NCBI GenBank assembly: GCA_001782825.1
Contig: MFPS01000008.1
Location: 9,012-73,011 of the forward strand
DNA length: 64,000 nt
Direction of reading: 5' to 3'
DNA from: Candidatus Magasanikbacteria bacterium RIFCSPHIGHO2_01_FULL_33_34
Lineage (GTDB): Bacteria; Patescibacteriota; Patescibacteriia; Magasanikbacterales; UBA922
How positions within the stretch are numbered: the stretch's first letter is position 1; the number at the start of each line of letters is the position of its first letter. The translations under genes and the position numbers were made by a program. Positions 17,871 through 25,712 of the stretch are shown here, in pieces. The notes under the pieces are model-generated. The model saw only the letters and a program-made list of their open reading frames with translations. It did no database searches and was not told the DNA's origin.

Positions 17871-18716
17871 TTATTCAGGTTTTGTATATTTTTTAAGAAT
17901 ACCATCTTTATCATAATACCAAACTTGGTTTCTAGATGGTTCTTTTTCATGACCCGGTTCAATATTTTCTCCCTCTAGTACAGATGCTCCAAATTCACCT
18001 TTAGCTGCATAAAGTGCTTTATCTGATTTTATTTTTAGTGCCTCTAAATCAGCCACTTCATTTTGTGGTGCGTTTACTCCAGCGCTGATAGTGACATCAA
18101 TTTTTTTTCCTTCGTATTTAAATTCGTATTTTGCAACTGCTCTTCTTAATTTTTCTGCTACCTCCGGTCCACTACCATTTGCATTAGCTGCTAATACTAC
18201 TAGTTCTTCTCCGCCGTAGCGAGTAACAATGTCTCCTTCACGTAATGTATTTTTTAGAACTTCTGCCAAGGTCTTGAGCACATAGTCACCACCGGCGTGT
18301 CCATAATTGTCATTAATACTCTTAAATTTGTCCACATCAATCATAATAAAAGAAAATTCTTTATTTTCTCTTTTTCTTCTCTCTAGGTCTTTCTCTAGAG
18401 CTACACGATTTGGTAGTTTGGTAAGTGAATCAGTTTGACCTTTTATTCTTTCAAGTATGGTTTCTTTTATGGATCTTTCTATAACTTTGCTACCAGGACC
18501 ACTTTCGTATATAGAAGTTGGTTCATCTGGTTCTTCAGAACGCAAATTATCTTCCTCAACTGCATAGGATTGAATAATTGTTTCTTTTGACACACCTAAT
18601 TCTTCGGCAAATTTTTCCATTCTTTTATCAAAAGCTTCACGTTCAGCTTGCATTTTTTCTTCGTATGATAATTCTGGCATATTATTTGGATTATATCCAC
18701 CACTTTCTATACTCAT
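17871..18716 (-). CDS. GGDEF-domain diguanylate cyclase (GGEEL variant) with coiled-coil N-terminus
   Basis: LTKLPNRVALE..., FIMIDVDKFKSINDNYGHAGGD, I-site REGD, active site RYGGEEL. Confidence 0.85.
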   Translation of the reverse strand: MSIESGGYNPNNMPELSYEEKMQAEREAFDKRMEKFAEELGVSKETIIQSYAVEEDNLRSEEPDEPTSIYESGPGSKVIERSIKETILERIKGQTDSLTKLPNRVALEKDLERRKRENKEFSFIMIDVDKFKSINDNYGHAGGDYVLKTLAEVLKNTLREGDIVTRYGGEELVVLAANANGSGPEVAEKLRRAVAKYEFKYEGKKIDVTISAGVNAPQNEVADLEALKIKSDKALYAAKGEFGASVLEGENIEPGHEKEPSRNQVWYYDKDGILKKYTKPE

Positions 18717-18762
18717 ATATTATTTATTTAGTATATGTTTTTAAATTATTATGGTCAAGTAA

Positions 18763-20439
18763 TTATATTGATTTTACCATATAGCTTCCTTTTTTTGAAT
18801 AACCCACTTTTTTGTAATAACCTTTGACGCCAACTCCTGAAATAACGCTAATTTTTTTGAATTTATTTTTTTTAGCAATTTTTTCCGCTTCAAGTAATAG
18901 TTTTTTACCCATACCTTTGTGTTGACTGGCTTTTTTATCACTTTTGCCAATTTCTAGGAGTTGTCCATAGGTGTGAAGTTCGCGGACAAAAGCAGTATTT
19001 TTTATCTCGGGTATCAATTCGTATAATTCTTTTGGCGCTTTTATTGTTGGGATTCGGAGACGCAAAAAAGCATAAACTGCAATTCTGTCTTTGTCTTCAA
19101 AGGTTATAAAATATTCTGTACCACCAATTGTTTCATAAGTATCTATAAATAATTGTGGTTTGGCATCGGCTGGTAGGTTTTTGAATTGACGAGATATTTC
19201 ACGACAGCGCAGACAAACACAATCTTTGCCTTTTTTGAGTATTTCTTTTTTTAATGATTCGCGTAGGTTTGTAATTGAGTTGCCGGCAGTTATTTCTTCT
19301 GATGGAATATCACGGATAAGGCGAGAGATTCTACAATAACGTGGAGTAGTTAATTTCATTTGTATAAGAGCTTCAAATAATTCATTTTCACCATATGGAG
19401 TATATCTACCATCTTTGAACCATTCATAAAGTTCAGCCGAAGCAATGACTGTATTTGGATAAATTTTTACCATATCTGGACACAAGCCAATGTCTGTGAA
19501 TAAACTAGCATACATTTCTACATCATGTTTTGGGGTTGTACCAGGCAAGTCTGGCATAAAATGGAGGTCAACCTTAAAACCAGCTTGACGCAGGAGTAAC
19601 ATAGCATCGCGAAATTGCTGTACAGTGTGTCCGCGTTTTACTAATTCTAATATTTCATCATCAGGTGCTTGGAGGCCAAGTTCAATGCGAGTACAACCTT
19701 GTTGACGCATATGGAAAATAGTTTTTGGGGTGATTGCGTCTGGTCTGGTTTCTAGAGTTAAACCAATAATACGATATTTTGCTTTTTCGTTTTTTTTCTG
19801 TTCTTTTGCCACAGCCTTTTGTAATTCTTCTAGTGGTGAATTTTGATTAATTGTATGTTTAAATGTTTGTATGTTTAAATGTTTAGATGCTAGTTCATTG
19901 CAGGCGCGAAAAGATTCCAAAATAAACCAATATTGGTATTTGAGTGGATAAGAATTCCAGGTTCCACCTTTTATTATGTATTCGATTTTTTCAGTTGGGT
20001 GGCCGTTGGCTTCGAGCATTTGGATTCTTTTTTGCATTTGTACATATGGATCAAATTTGAGCCCAAGGGCGCGGGCGGCCGCTGGTTCAGAAGCAATATA
20101 GCTTTTTGGCATTCTAGTTTCTGTTGGACAGTAGACACATTTTCCTGGACAAGCGTATGGTTTTACTAGAGATGTGACTATAGCAATACCGGAAAGGGTG
20201 CGAATATCGGCTTTTCTTAAAAATAATTCTATTCTTTTATCTTTTTTGACTCTTTTATTTTTTAGCATTTTCTGATAGGCTTTTAGTAGGTCAGGATTTG
20301 ATGGTTGTTTCATTTTGAGTTTACCAGCCACTTGTCTGCGAGCACTATCAAATTGCGCCTTGGTTTGAGGCGATTTTGCAATAATTTCAATTATAATATT
20401 TTCAAGTAAGTTTTCTTTCATATATGGATAATAATTCAA
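18763..20439 (-). CDS. Elp3-like radical-SAM/GNAT tRNA wobble-uridine modification enzyme
   Basis: Radical SAM cluster motif CPGKCVYCP, C-terminal GNAT acetyl-CoA site (KGMGKKLLLEAE); ORF track uses a TTG at 20439, first ATG is at 20421. Confidence 0.8.
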   Translation of the reverse strand: MNYYPYMKENLLENIIIEIIAKSPQTKAQFDSARRQVAGKLKMKQPSNPDLLKAYQKMLKNKRVKKDKRIELFLRKADIRTLSGIAIVTSLVKPYACPGKCVYCPTETRMPKSYIASEPAAARALGLKFDPYVQMQKRIQMLEANGHPTEKIEYIIKGGTWNSYPLKYQYWFILESFRACNELASKHLNIQTFKHTINQNSPLEELQKAVAKEQKKNEKAKYRIIGLTLETRPDAITPKTIFHMRQQGCTRIELGLQAPDDEILELVKRGHTVQQFRDAMLLLRQAGFKVDLHFMPDLPGTTPKHDVEMYASLFTDIGLCPDMVKIYPNTVIASAELYEWFKDGRYTPYGENELFEALIQMKLTTPRYCRISRLIRDIPSEEITAGNSITNLRESLKKEILKKGKDCVCLRCREISRQFKNLPADAKPQLFIDTYETIGGTEYFITFEDKDRIAVYAFLRLRIPTIKAPKELYELIPEIKNTAFVRELHTYGQLLEIGKSDKKASQHKGMGKKLLLEAEKIAKKNKFKKISVISGVGVKGYYKKVGYSKKGSYMVKSI

Positions 20440-21119
20440 AGCTAATTATACGTCAGAACAGGGAAGTCTACAATAAAATTGCCGACCATTTTTCTGATAC
20501 CCGATCATTTTTATGGCGTGATTTAGAACCATTATCAACCTTTGTCCATGATAGAGATAGTATATTAGATATTGGTTGTGGTAATGGCAGATTATATCAG
20601 CTTTTTACAGATTTGTCCATAGCTTTTACTGGCATTGATATTGCAGAGGGTCTTATTGAAATTGCCAAGGAAAAGTATCCAAAAGCTAGGTTTGTGGTGG
20701 GTGATATGGTTAGTCTTCCTTTTGAAGATCAAGAATTTGATGTAGTTTTTAGTTTGGTGGCATTTCATCACTTACCAGACGAGGAATCTCAATTAAAATC
20801 ATTGGCAGAGATGGGCAGAGTATTAAAAAAAGGTGGAAAAATAATATTATTGAATTGGAATGCTTATAGTGATTGGGTTAGCGAAAAATTAAAAAAAGGG
20901 GATTATAAGGAGTTGGGGGATCATTTGTTTGAAGTTCCTTGGAAAACACAAAAGAAAGAAAATTTGGGAAATAGAATATATTATGGTTTTACTTTGGAAG
21001 AATTAGAAAAATTATTTGAAAAAACTGGCCTTAATTTAGAAGATCAATATTATTTGCGTCATGGTGAAAAAGTTGGGGTTGATAAGGGGATGAATATTGT
21101 GAGTATTTTGAGTAAATAA
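20424..21119 (+). CDS. Trm9-like class I SAM-dependent methyltransferase
   Basis: VYNKIADHFSDTRSFLW...LDIGCGNGR closely parallels the yeast Trm9 N-terminal/motif I pattern (VYNEIAPHFSQTRYKPW...LDIGCGNGKY); acidic motif II VVGDM, HHL. Confidence 0.7.
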   Translation: MDNNSKLIIRQNREVYNKIADHFSDTRSFLWRDLEPLSTFVHDRDSILDIGCGNGRLYQLFTDLSIAFTGIDIAEGLIEIAKEKYPKARFVVGDMVSLPFEDQEFDVVFSLVAFHHLPDEESQLKSLAEMGRVLKKGGKIILLNWNAYSDWVSEKLKKGDYKELGDHLFEVPWKTQKKENLGNRIYYGFTLEELEKLFEKTGLNLEDQYYLRHGEKVGVDKGMNIVSILSK

Positions 21120-21124
21120 ATTGA

Positions 21125-21988
21125 TTATTTCCCAGTAATCAAACAGACAATTGTTCCATTCCATTTCCAATTATTTTTAATAGCTTTTTGGAGTCCAGCG
21201 ATTGAGAGGGCGCTGTTTGGGGATATGTCTATATCAGTCTTTTCTTTTACTAGTTTGATTGCTTTTCTAATTTCTTTGTCAGTTGCAATCCAACCAAAAC
21301 CTTGGCTTTTTTTTATTAATTCAATAATTTTTTCCTTTCTGTGGGCGACTTTGTCCACGATTGCGCCAGCGATTGATCGGTCAGTATTTTCAAAATTTTT
21401 GTCAAAGTTTTCTGCAATTGGGTGGCAGTTAGTTGTTTGAATTATATGAATTTGTGTATTTATAACTGCTAATGCTTGTGCGGTTGTTCCAGATGAAGTT
21501 GGAATAAAGATTGCTTGTAAATTTTTAATTTCTTTTAATTCTTTGGTGAGAGATTTGTATCCGGTAAGTGCAAGGTCATCGGTTGATTGGCGTAAGTTTA
21601 CGGCTATTTTTTCTTTGTCCATTTTGAAGGCTGTTTGTTTAGGGTTATGAACTTGTTCAATAATTATATTTTCATCTGTAATTTCATTTTGCAGGAGCCT
21701 GTATTTTATTTGTTCAATATTTTTTCCTATTAAAATTTTAAGAGTAACTTTTGTGTTCACTTTATTATTTTCTTGAATATATCTAATGGATGCTAGAGCG
21801 GCATTACCAGAGGATGAAATGACAAAATTGGTTGTACCTTTTTTAATATAAGTTTCAATCATCAATGGAATTGAACGGCCTTTGTGGGATCCATATGGGT
21901 TCAAGTCTTCTCTTTTGAGGATTATATTGGATACTCCAAGTGCTTTGGCTAATTTTGGGTATGAATTTTGGGGTGTTTTTGTTTCCAT
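21125..21988 (-). CDS. PLP-dependent fold-type II (TrpB/threonine-synthase-like) enzyme, short form
   Basis: ILKREDLNPYGSHKGR (PLP-lysine region), SSSGNAALA glycine loop; only 287 aa. Confidence 0.5.
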   Translation of the reverse strand: METKTPQNSYPKLAKALGVSNIILKREDLNPYGSHKGRSIPLMIETYIKKGTTNFVISSSGNAALASIRYIQENNKVNTKVTLKILIGKNIEQIKYRLLQNEITDENIIIEQVHNPKQTAFKMDKEKIAVNLRQSTDDLALTGYKSLTKELKEIKNLQAIFIPTSSGTTAQALAVINTQIHIIQTTNCHPIAENFDKNFENTDRSIAGAIVDKVAHRKEKIIELIKKSQGFGWIATDKEIRKAIKLVKEKTDIDISPNSALSIAGLQKAIKNNWKWNGTIVCLITGK

Positions 21989-22127
21989 ATTTACAATGTT
22001 TTATTTTTTTGTTATACTAATAAATATCTGTTATTTATATGTAAGATATAATAGTATTGTTTATACTTTAAACTAATACTTAATTATAAATAATGCTTTT
22101 AATTCTTACAACTTATATAATATACAT

Positions 22128-22292
22128 ATGAATTTAAACTGTCCAGAATGTAAAAATGATGTAGATTTGTCCGTGTTTCCAAATTTAGAAAAGGATCAGG
22201 TTATTGAGTGTAATACTTGTGGTATTTCTTTGCTTGTGACAGAAATTAATGGTGATGCTGTGACTGCAGAAGTTACTGACGAAGGCAAGTAA
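22128..22292 (+). CDS. small zinc-ribbon protein, LysW-like architecture (not in ORF track because <60 aa)
   Basis: 54 aa MNLNCPECKNDVDLSVFPNLEKDQVIECNTCGISLLVTEINGDAVTAEVTDEGK: two CxxC pairs spaced as in amino-group carrier LysW; 3' end overlaps convergent mpl stop by ~20 nt. Confidence 0.3.
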   Translation: MNLNCPECKNDVDLSVFPNLEKDQVIECNTCGISLLVTEINGDAVTAEVTDEGK

Positions 22293-23661
22293 TCAATTGT
22301 TCAATCATACCTCGGAAGCCACGCGAACCCAGAAAGACGACACAATCGTCTTTTTTTGTATTATTAATTAAGTATTGAATTAATTCTTTATCATTTTCAA
22401 TGTATTTTACATTGTGATGTGTTTGTCCTATTATTTCAGCAAGTTTTTTACCGTTAGCTGGAGTTTCAGTATCATTTTGGTCTATTTTAATTTTGGATAA
22501 ACGTGGAATTATAATTTGATCAGCATTTTCAAAAGCATCAGCATATCCAGAGAAAGAAGCGGGTTTTCTATTGCCGGTATTGGGTTCAAAAATTGCAATT
22601 ATTTGTCCGTGGTAAATTGATTTGAGAGTTTTTAAAACGGACATAGCTTTTTGGGGTGAGTGAGCAATGTCGTCAATTATGGCAATATCATTTTCATATC
22701 TTTTTTCTAAGCGTCTTTTTATACCTTTGAAAGATTTAATTGATTTTATAATTGTATCGGTTTTTATGCCAGCAATTTGGGCCATTGCAAAGCAAGCTGT
22801 TATATTAGCTACTTGGTAATCGCCCAAAATATTAGTTTCAATCTTATACTTATTATCTTTATTTGAAATAGTAAAAGATAGTCCATTTTTGTTTAATTGA
22901 ATATCAGAATAATAATAATCATTTTTGGTATCTTTTCCGTATTTGATAATATTACAAGTTGATGAGGCAATAATTTCATTGACTTTTTTGTCGTCAGCAC
23001 AAGCAACAATTGTGCCATTGTTTGGGATTGATTTTGCAAGTTTTTCAAATGCTTCAAAATATGATTTTTCAGTCGGGTATACATCTGCATGGTCCCAAAT
23101 CACTGATGTAAGTAATAGGTGGGTTGGTTGATAATGTGTGAATTTGGCAGAATTATCCCAACGACTGCTTTTATATTCATCACCCTCAAGGATTGACCAA
23201 TGGGAATTACCTATATATGCGGCATCAATATTATTCTGGGAAAGTCCACCAAACATATAGCTAGGGTCTAGTCCAGACTCTAAAAAAATAAATGATAGTA
23301 GTGAGCTGGTGGATGTTTTGCCATAAGTACCAGCACAGACAATAGAATTTTCTTTGACAAAATATTTGGCGATTGCTTCAGGATATGATTTGTAGGGGAT
23401 ATTATTTTTTTGAACATATAGCCATTCTGGGTTGGTGGAACTAGCAACATTTCCAACCACCACCAAATCTGGTTTTCCTATTTTTTCTGGATGCCAGCCA
23501 GGATAAAAATCAATTTTATTTTTTTCTAAATGAGTTGAAATTGGCGGAAAAAAACCAGCGTCAGATCCGGTGACGCGCCAACCTTTTTTTTGGAAGGCAA
23601 TGGCAAGTGCGCTCATAGCTACACCGCATATACCTATAAAATGTATGTGTTTATTTTCCAT
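22273..23661 (-). CDS. mpl: Mur ligase family protein, Mpl/MurC-type (UDP-MurNAc peptide ligase)
   Basis: N-terminal HFIGICGVAMSALA...GWRVTGSD (Mpl/MurC signature), central ATP-binding GTYGKTSTSS; 462 aa. Confidence 0.75.
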   Translation of the reverse strand: MENKHIHFIGICGVAMSALAIAFQKKGWRVTGSDAGFFPPISTHLEKNKIDFYPGWHPEKIGKPDLVVVGNVASSTNPEWLYVQKNNIPYKSYPEAIAKYFVKENSIVCAGTYGKTSTSSLLSFIFLESGLDPSYMFGGLSQNNIDAAYIGNSHWSILEGDEYKSSRWDNSAKFTHYQPTHLLLTSVIWDHADVYPTEKSYFEAFEKLAKSIPNNGTIVACADDKKVNEIIASSTCNIIKYGKDTKNDYYYSDIQLNKNGLSFTISNKDNKYKIETNILGDYQVANITACFAMAQIAGIKTDTIIKSIKSFKGIKRRLEKRYENDIAIIDDIAHSPQKAMSVLKTLKSIYHGQIIAIFEPNTGNRKPASFSGYADAFENADQIIIPRLSKIKIDQNDTETPANGKKLAEIIGQTHHNVKYIENDKELIQYLINNTKKDDCVVFLGSRGFRGMIEQLITCLRQ

Positions 23662-24331
23662 TTTGTTTTAAAATATTTTTTAATTCATCTAAATCAGTTC
23701 TCCATTTTGTACCATCAAACCATTCAAGTCCTGTGAATTGTAATTTGTATACATCTTTTGGTCTCTGAGCTGAACCCAAATAAATATATTGCATATCGTT
23801 TTGTTTGGCAGCAGTAATTGCCATAATCATCATACCCATACCAATATTGTTTATTTTTTCAGTAGATAAACCTAGTTTATAAAACGGGTATGAGTAGTGA
23901 GTAATAGTTGGATTTGCGTAACTTATAGTATAGCCAATGATATCTTTTTCGTTATGTTCATTGGATAAATTATATATAAACAATGTATTAAAATTATTTT
24001 TTTTATTTGTCAGTAGCTCTTTTATTTTATTTGCCGAAAAAGTTCCTTTTTTGAATTTTGTGTCATAAAAATCTTTGGCCATTTTGCCTATAGACCAGTT
24101 GTATTTTTCATAAGGGATAGATTCTATATTCAAATTTAGACCTTCAATTTTTTTTAATATTCTTCTATTTTCACTAGATAATTTAAATTTTGACAAATTA
24201 ATTCGGAGGCTTCTGGTTTGGTGCATAATTCCATACCCAAGTCGAGTAAAAACATAGCCCTCAGAGTAGAGGGAATTTATATTATTGTCAGCAAAATCTG
24301 TAATTGTTTTTTCATTCCATTTTAAGTACAT
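23651..24331 (-). CDS. ATE/Bpt-like aminoacyl-tRNA-protein transferase family protein (GNAT/Fem-like fold)
   Basis: C-terminal block YIYLGSAQRPKDVYKLQFTGLEW matches ATE_C pattern Y-x-G-x4-P-K-x2-YK-x2-F-x3-E; 226 aa; overlaps mpl start by 11 nt. Confidence 0.45.
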   Translation of the reverse strand: MYLKWNEKTITDFADNNINSLYSEGYVFTRLGYGIMHQTRSLRINLSKFKLSSENRRILKKIEGLNLNIESIPYEKYNWSIGKMAKDFYDTKFKKGTFSANKIKELLTNKKNNFNTLFIYNLSNEHNEKDIIGYTISYANPTITHYSYPFYKLGLSTEKINNIGMGMMIMAITAAKQNDMQYIYLGSAQRPKDVYKLQFTGLEWFDGTKWRTDLDELKNILKQNGK

Positions 24332-24332
24332 A

Positions 24333-25502
24333 TTAGTATAATGCTACCCAAAGACCCAATAAAACAACGGCTGCATGGATTATCCAGAAGCGCATGACGG
24401 TTTTCTCTTCGCTCCAGCCACGTAATTCAAAGTGATGATGAATTGGCGCCATTTTGAAAATACGTTTTCCAAGTATATGTCTGCCAAAAACTTGTATAAT
24501 GACTGTTCCCAATTCTACATAAAATATAAAGGCAATAAATGGTAACAATAGCATTCTATTGATTACAATTGCATTGATGGCTAGAAGCGCGCCCAAGCCA
24601 AGCGAACCAACATCTCCCATTTGAAAACGCGCTGGTTTTATATTGAAATAAGTATAGGTGATAAGAGCGCCAACTACAGTTGCATTCAAAAAAGTGATTT
24701 CAGAATATCCTTGAATCCAACTGAGTAATGTAAGGGCAGAGAAGGTGATAATGAGTGATCCGCCAGCGAGCCCATCCATTCCATCAGCAATATTGACTGC
24801 ATTAGCTGTTAACATTATGAAAAAAATAATCATTGGGATAATCCAAATACCAAAATTTACAAAACCATCAAATGGAATAAATATTTCTTGCCATGATTCA
24901 CCAAGTTTAAAATATATCCAATAAGCGGCAGCAAATCCAGCTAAAAATTGTAAGAGTAATTTTTCATGTACATGTATTCCTTTGCCTGGATCGCGAGAAA
25001 GCCATGTAGACATTCGTTTGAAAATCCACCATGGTAGAGTAATCAGGTAAAATAATCGCATATGCCAATTTTTGTGTACTCTTATTAATGTAAAAACTTG
25101 TTTCAATTTTCGGCTTCTGCGTCTTTTGCCATATATGTTGAGCAGATCATCAACTCCGCCGAGTAGTGCAGCCATCAGCATAACGCCAATTGGTACCCAG
25201 GTGAAGCTTCTTTCCCAATTAAAAAAATAAGTAATTAAGGCCACTGTTATTATTACGAGTAGTCCACCCATAACTGGTACTCCGCGTTTGCTACGTCTGG
25301 CTCCCATCGCTAGAGTGGCATCATATTCGGCATGTCTGGTGATATTGTATTTGTATAAAAATTTGGTGAGAGCTGGCGCCCAAAGGAAAGCAATAATACA
25401 AGAAATAAGACCAAATTGAATAGCGGTCTTAAGTAGGTCTAGTTGGGCTGTACCTATATACATAGTGATAGTTATAATAACAAAGAAGAGCCTGAATTTC
25501 AA
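24333..25502 (-). CDS. mraY: phospho-N-acetylmuramoyl-pentapeptide transferase
   Basis: NAVNIADGMDGLAGG and C-terminal KMAPIHHHFELRGWSEEKTVMRFWII, essentially identical in pattern to E. coli MraY C-terminus. Confidence 0.9.
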   Translation of the reverse strand: MKFRLFFVIITITMYIGTAQLDLLKTAIQFGLISCIIAFLWAPALTKFLYKYNITRHAEYDATLAMGARRSKRGVPVMGGLLVIITVALITYFFNWERSFTWVPIGVMLMAALLGGVDDLLNIYGKRRRSRKLKQVFTLIRVHKNWHMRLFYLITLPWWIFKRMSTWLSRDPGKGIHVHEKLLLQFLAGFAAAYWIYFKLGESWQEIFIPFDGFVNFGIWIIPMIIFFIMLTANAVNIADGMDGLAGGSLIITFSALTLLSWIQGYSEITFLNATVVGALITYTYFNIKPARFQMGDVGSLGLGALLAINAIVINRMLLLPFIAFIFYVELGTVIIQVFGRHILGKRIFKMAPIHHHFELRGWSEEKTVMRFWIIHAAVVLLGLWVALY

Positions 25503-25530
25503 GCTTTTGTATTTTTTATTTTGTATTAGC

Positions 25531-25712
25531 TATAATAGCTAGGGTTACATCTTAAACTATCATTGCACAGGTTTCAATTATTTATTTTTACTCCCTGCCT
25601 GCCGGCAGGCAGGATTCTCGCTTTGGCTCCGAGGGTGATGCCTGTTGTGGCATCAAATCCGTAAAAACAAATAATTGAAACCAATGTTTAATTATAAATA
25701 TCGCTTTTAATT
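25531..25712. repeat. structured palindromic intergenic repeat, copy a
   Basis: 17-nt inverted repeat CAATTATTTATTTTTAC...GTAAAAACAAATAATTG enclosing perfect 20-bp palindrome CCTGCCTGCCGGCAGGCAGG and hairpin GATGCCtgttgtGGCATC; near-identical copies at ~38395-38575 and ~49075-49262. Confidence 0.8.

Noticed and set aside
20419-20426. Elp3-like and Trm9-like genes truly overlapping at their 5' ends
   Set aside because: With the ATG at 20421 for Elp3 and 20424 for Trm9-like, the genes are back-to-back rather than overlapping; the TTG at 20439 used by the ORF track is a less likely start
25575-25677. Integron attC sites as explanation for the inverted-repeat elements
   Set aside because: Ends do not match GTTRRRY / RYYYAAC core sites; no integrase nearby; elements lie between housekeeping genes
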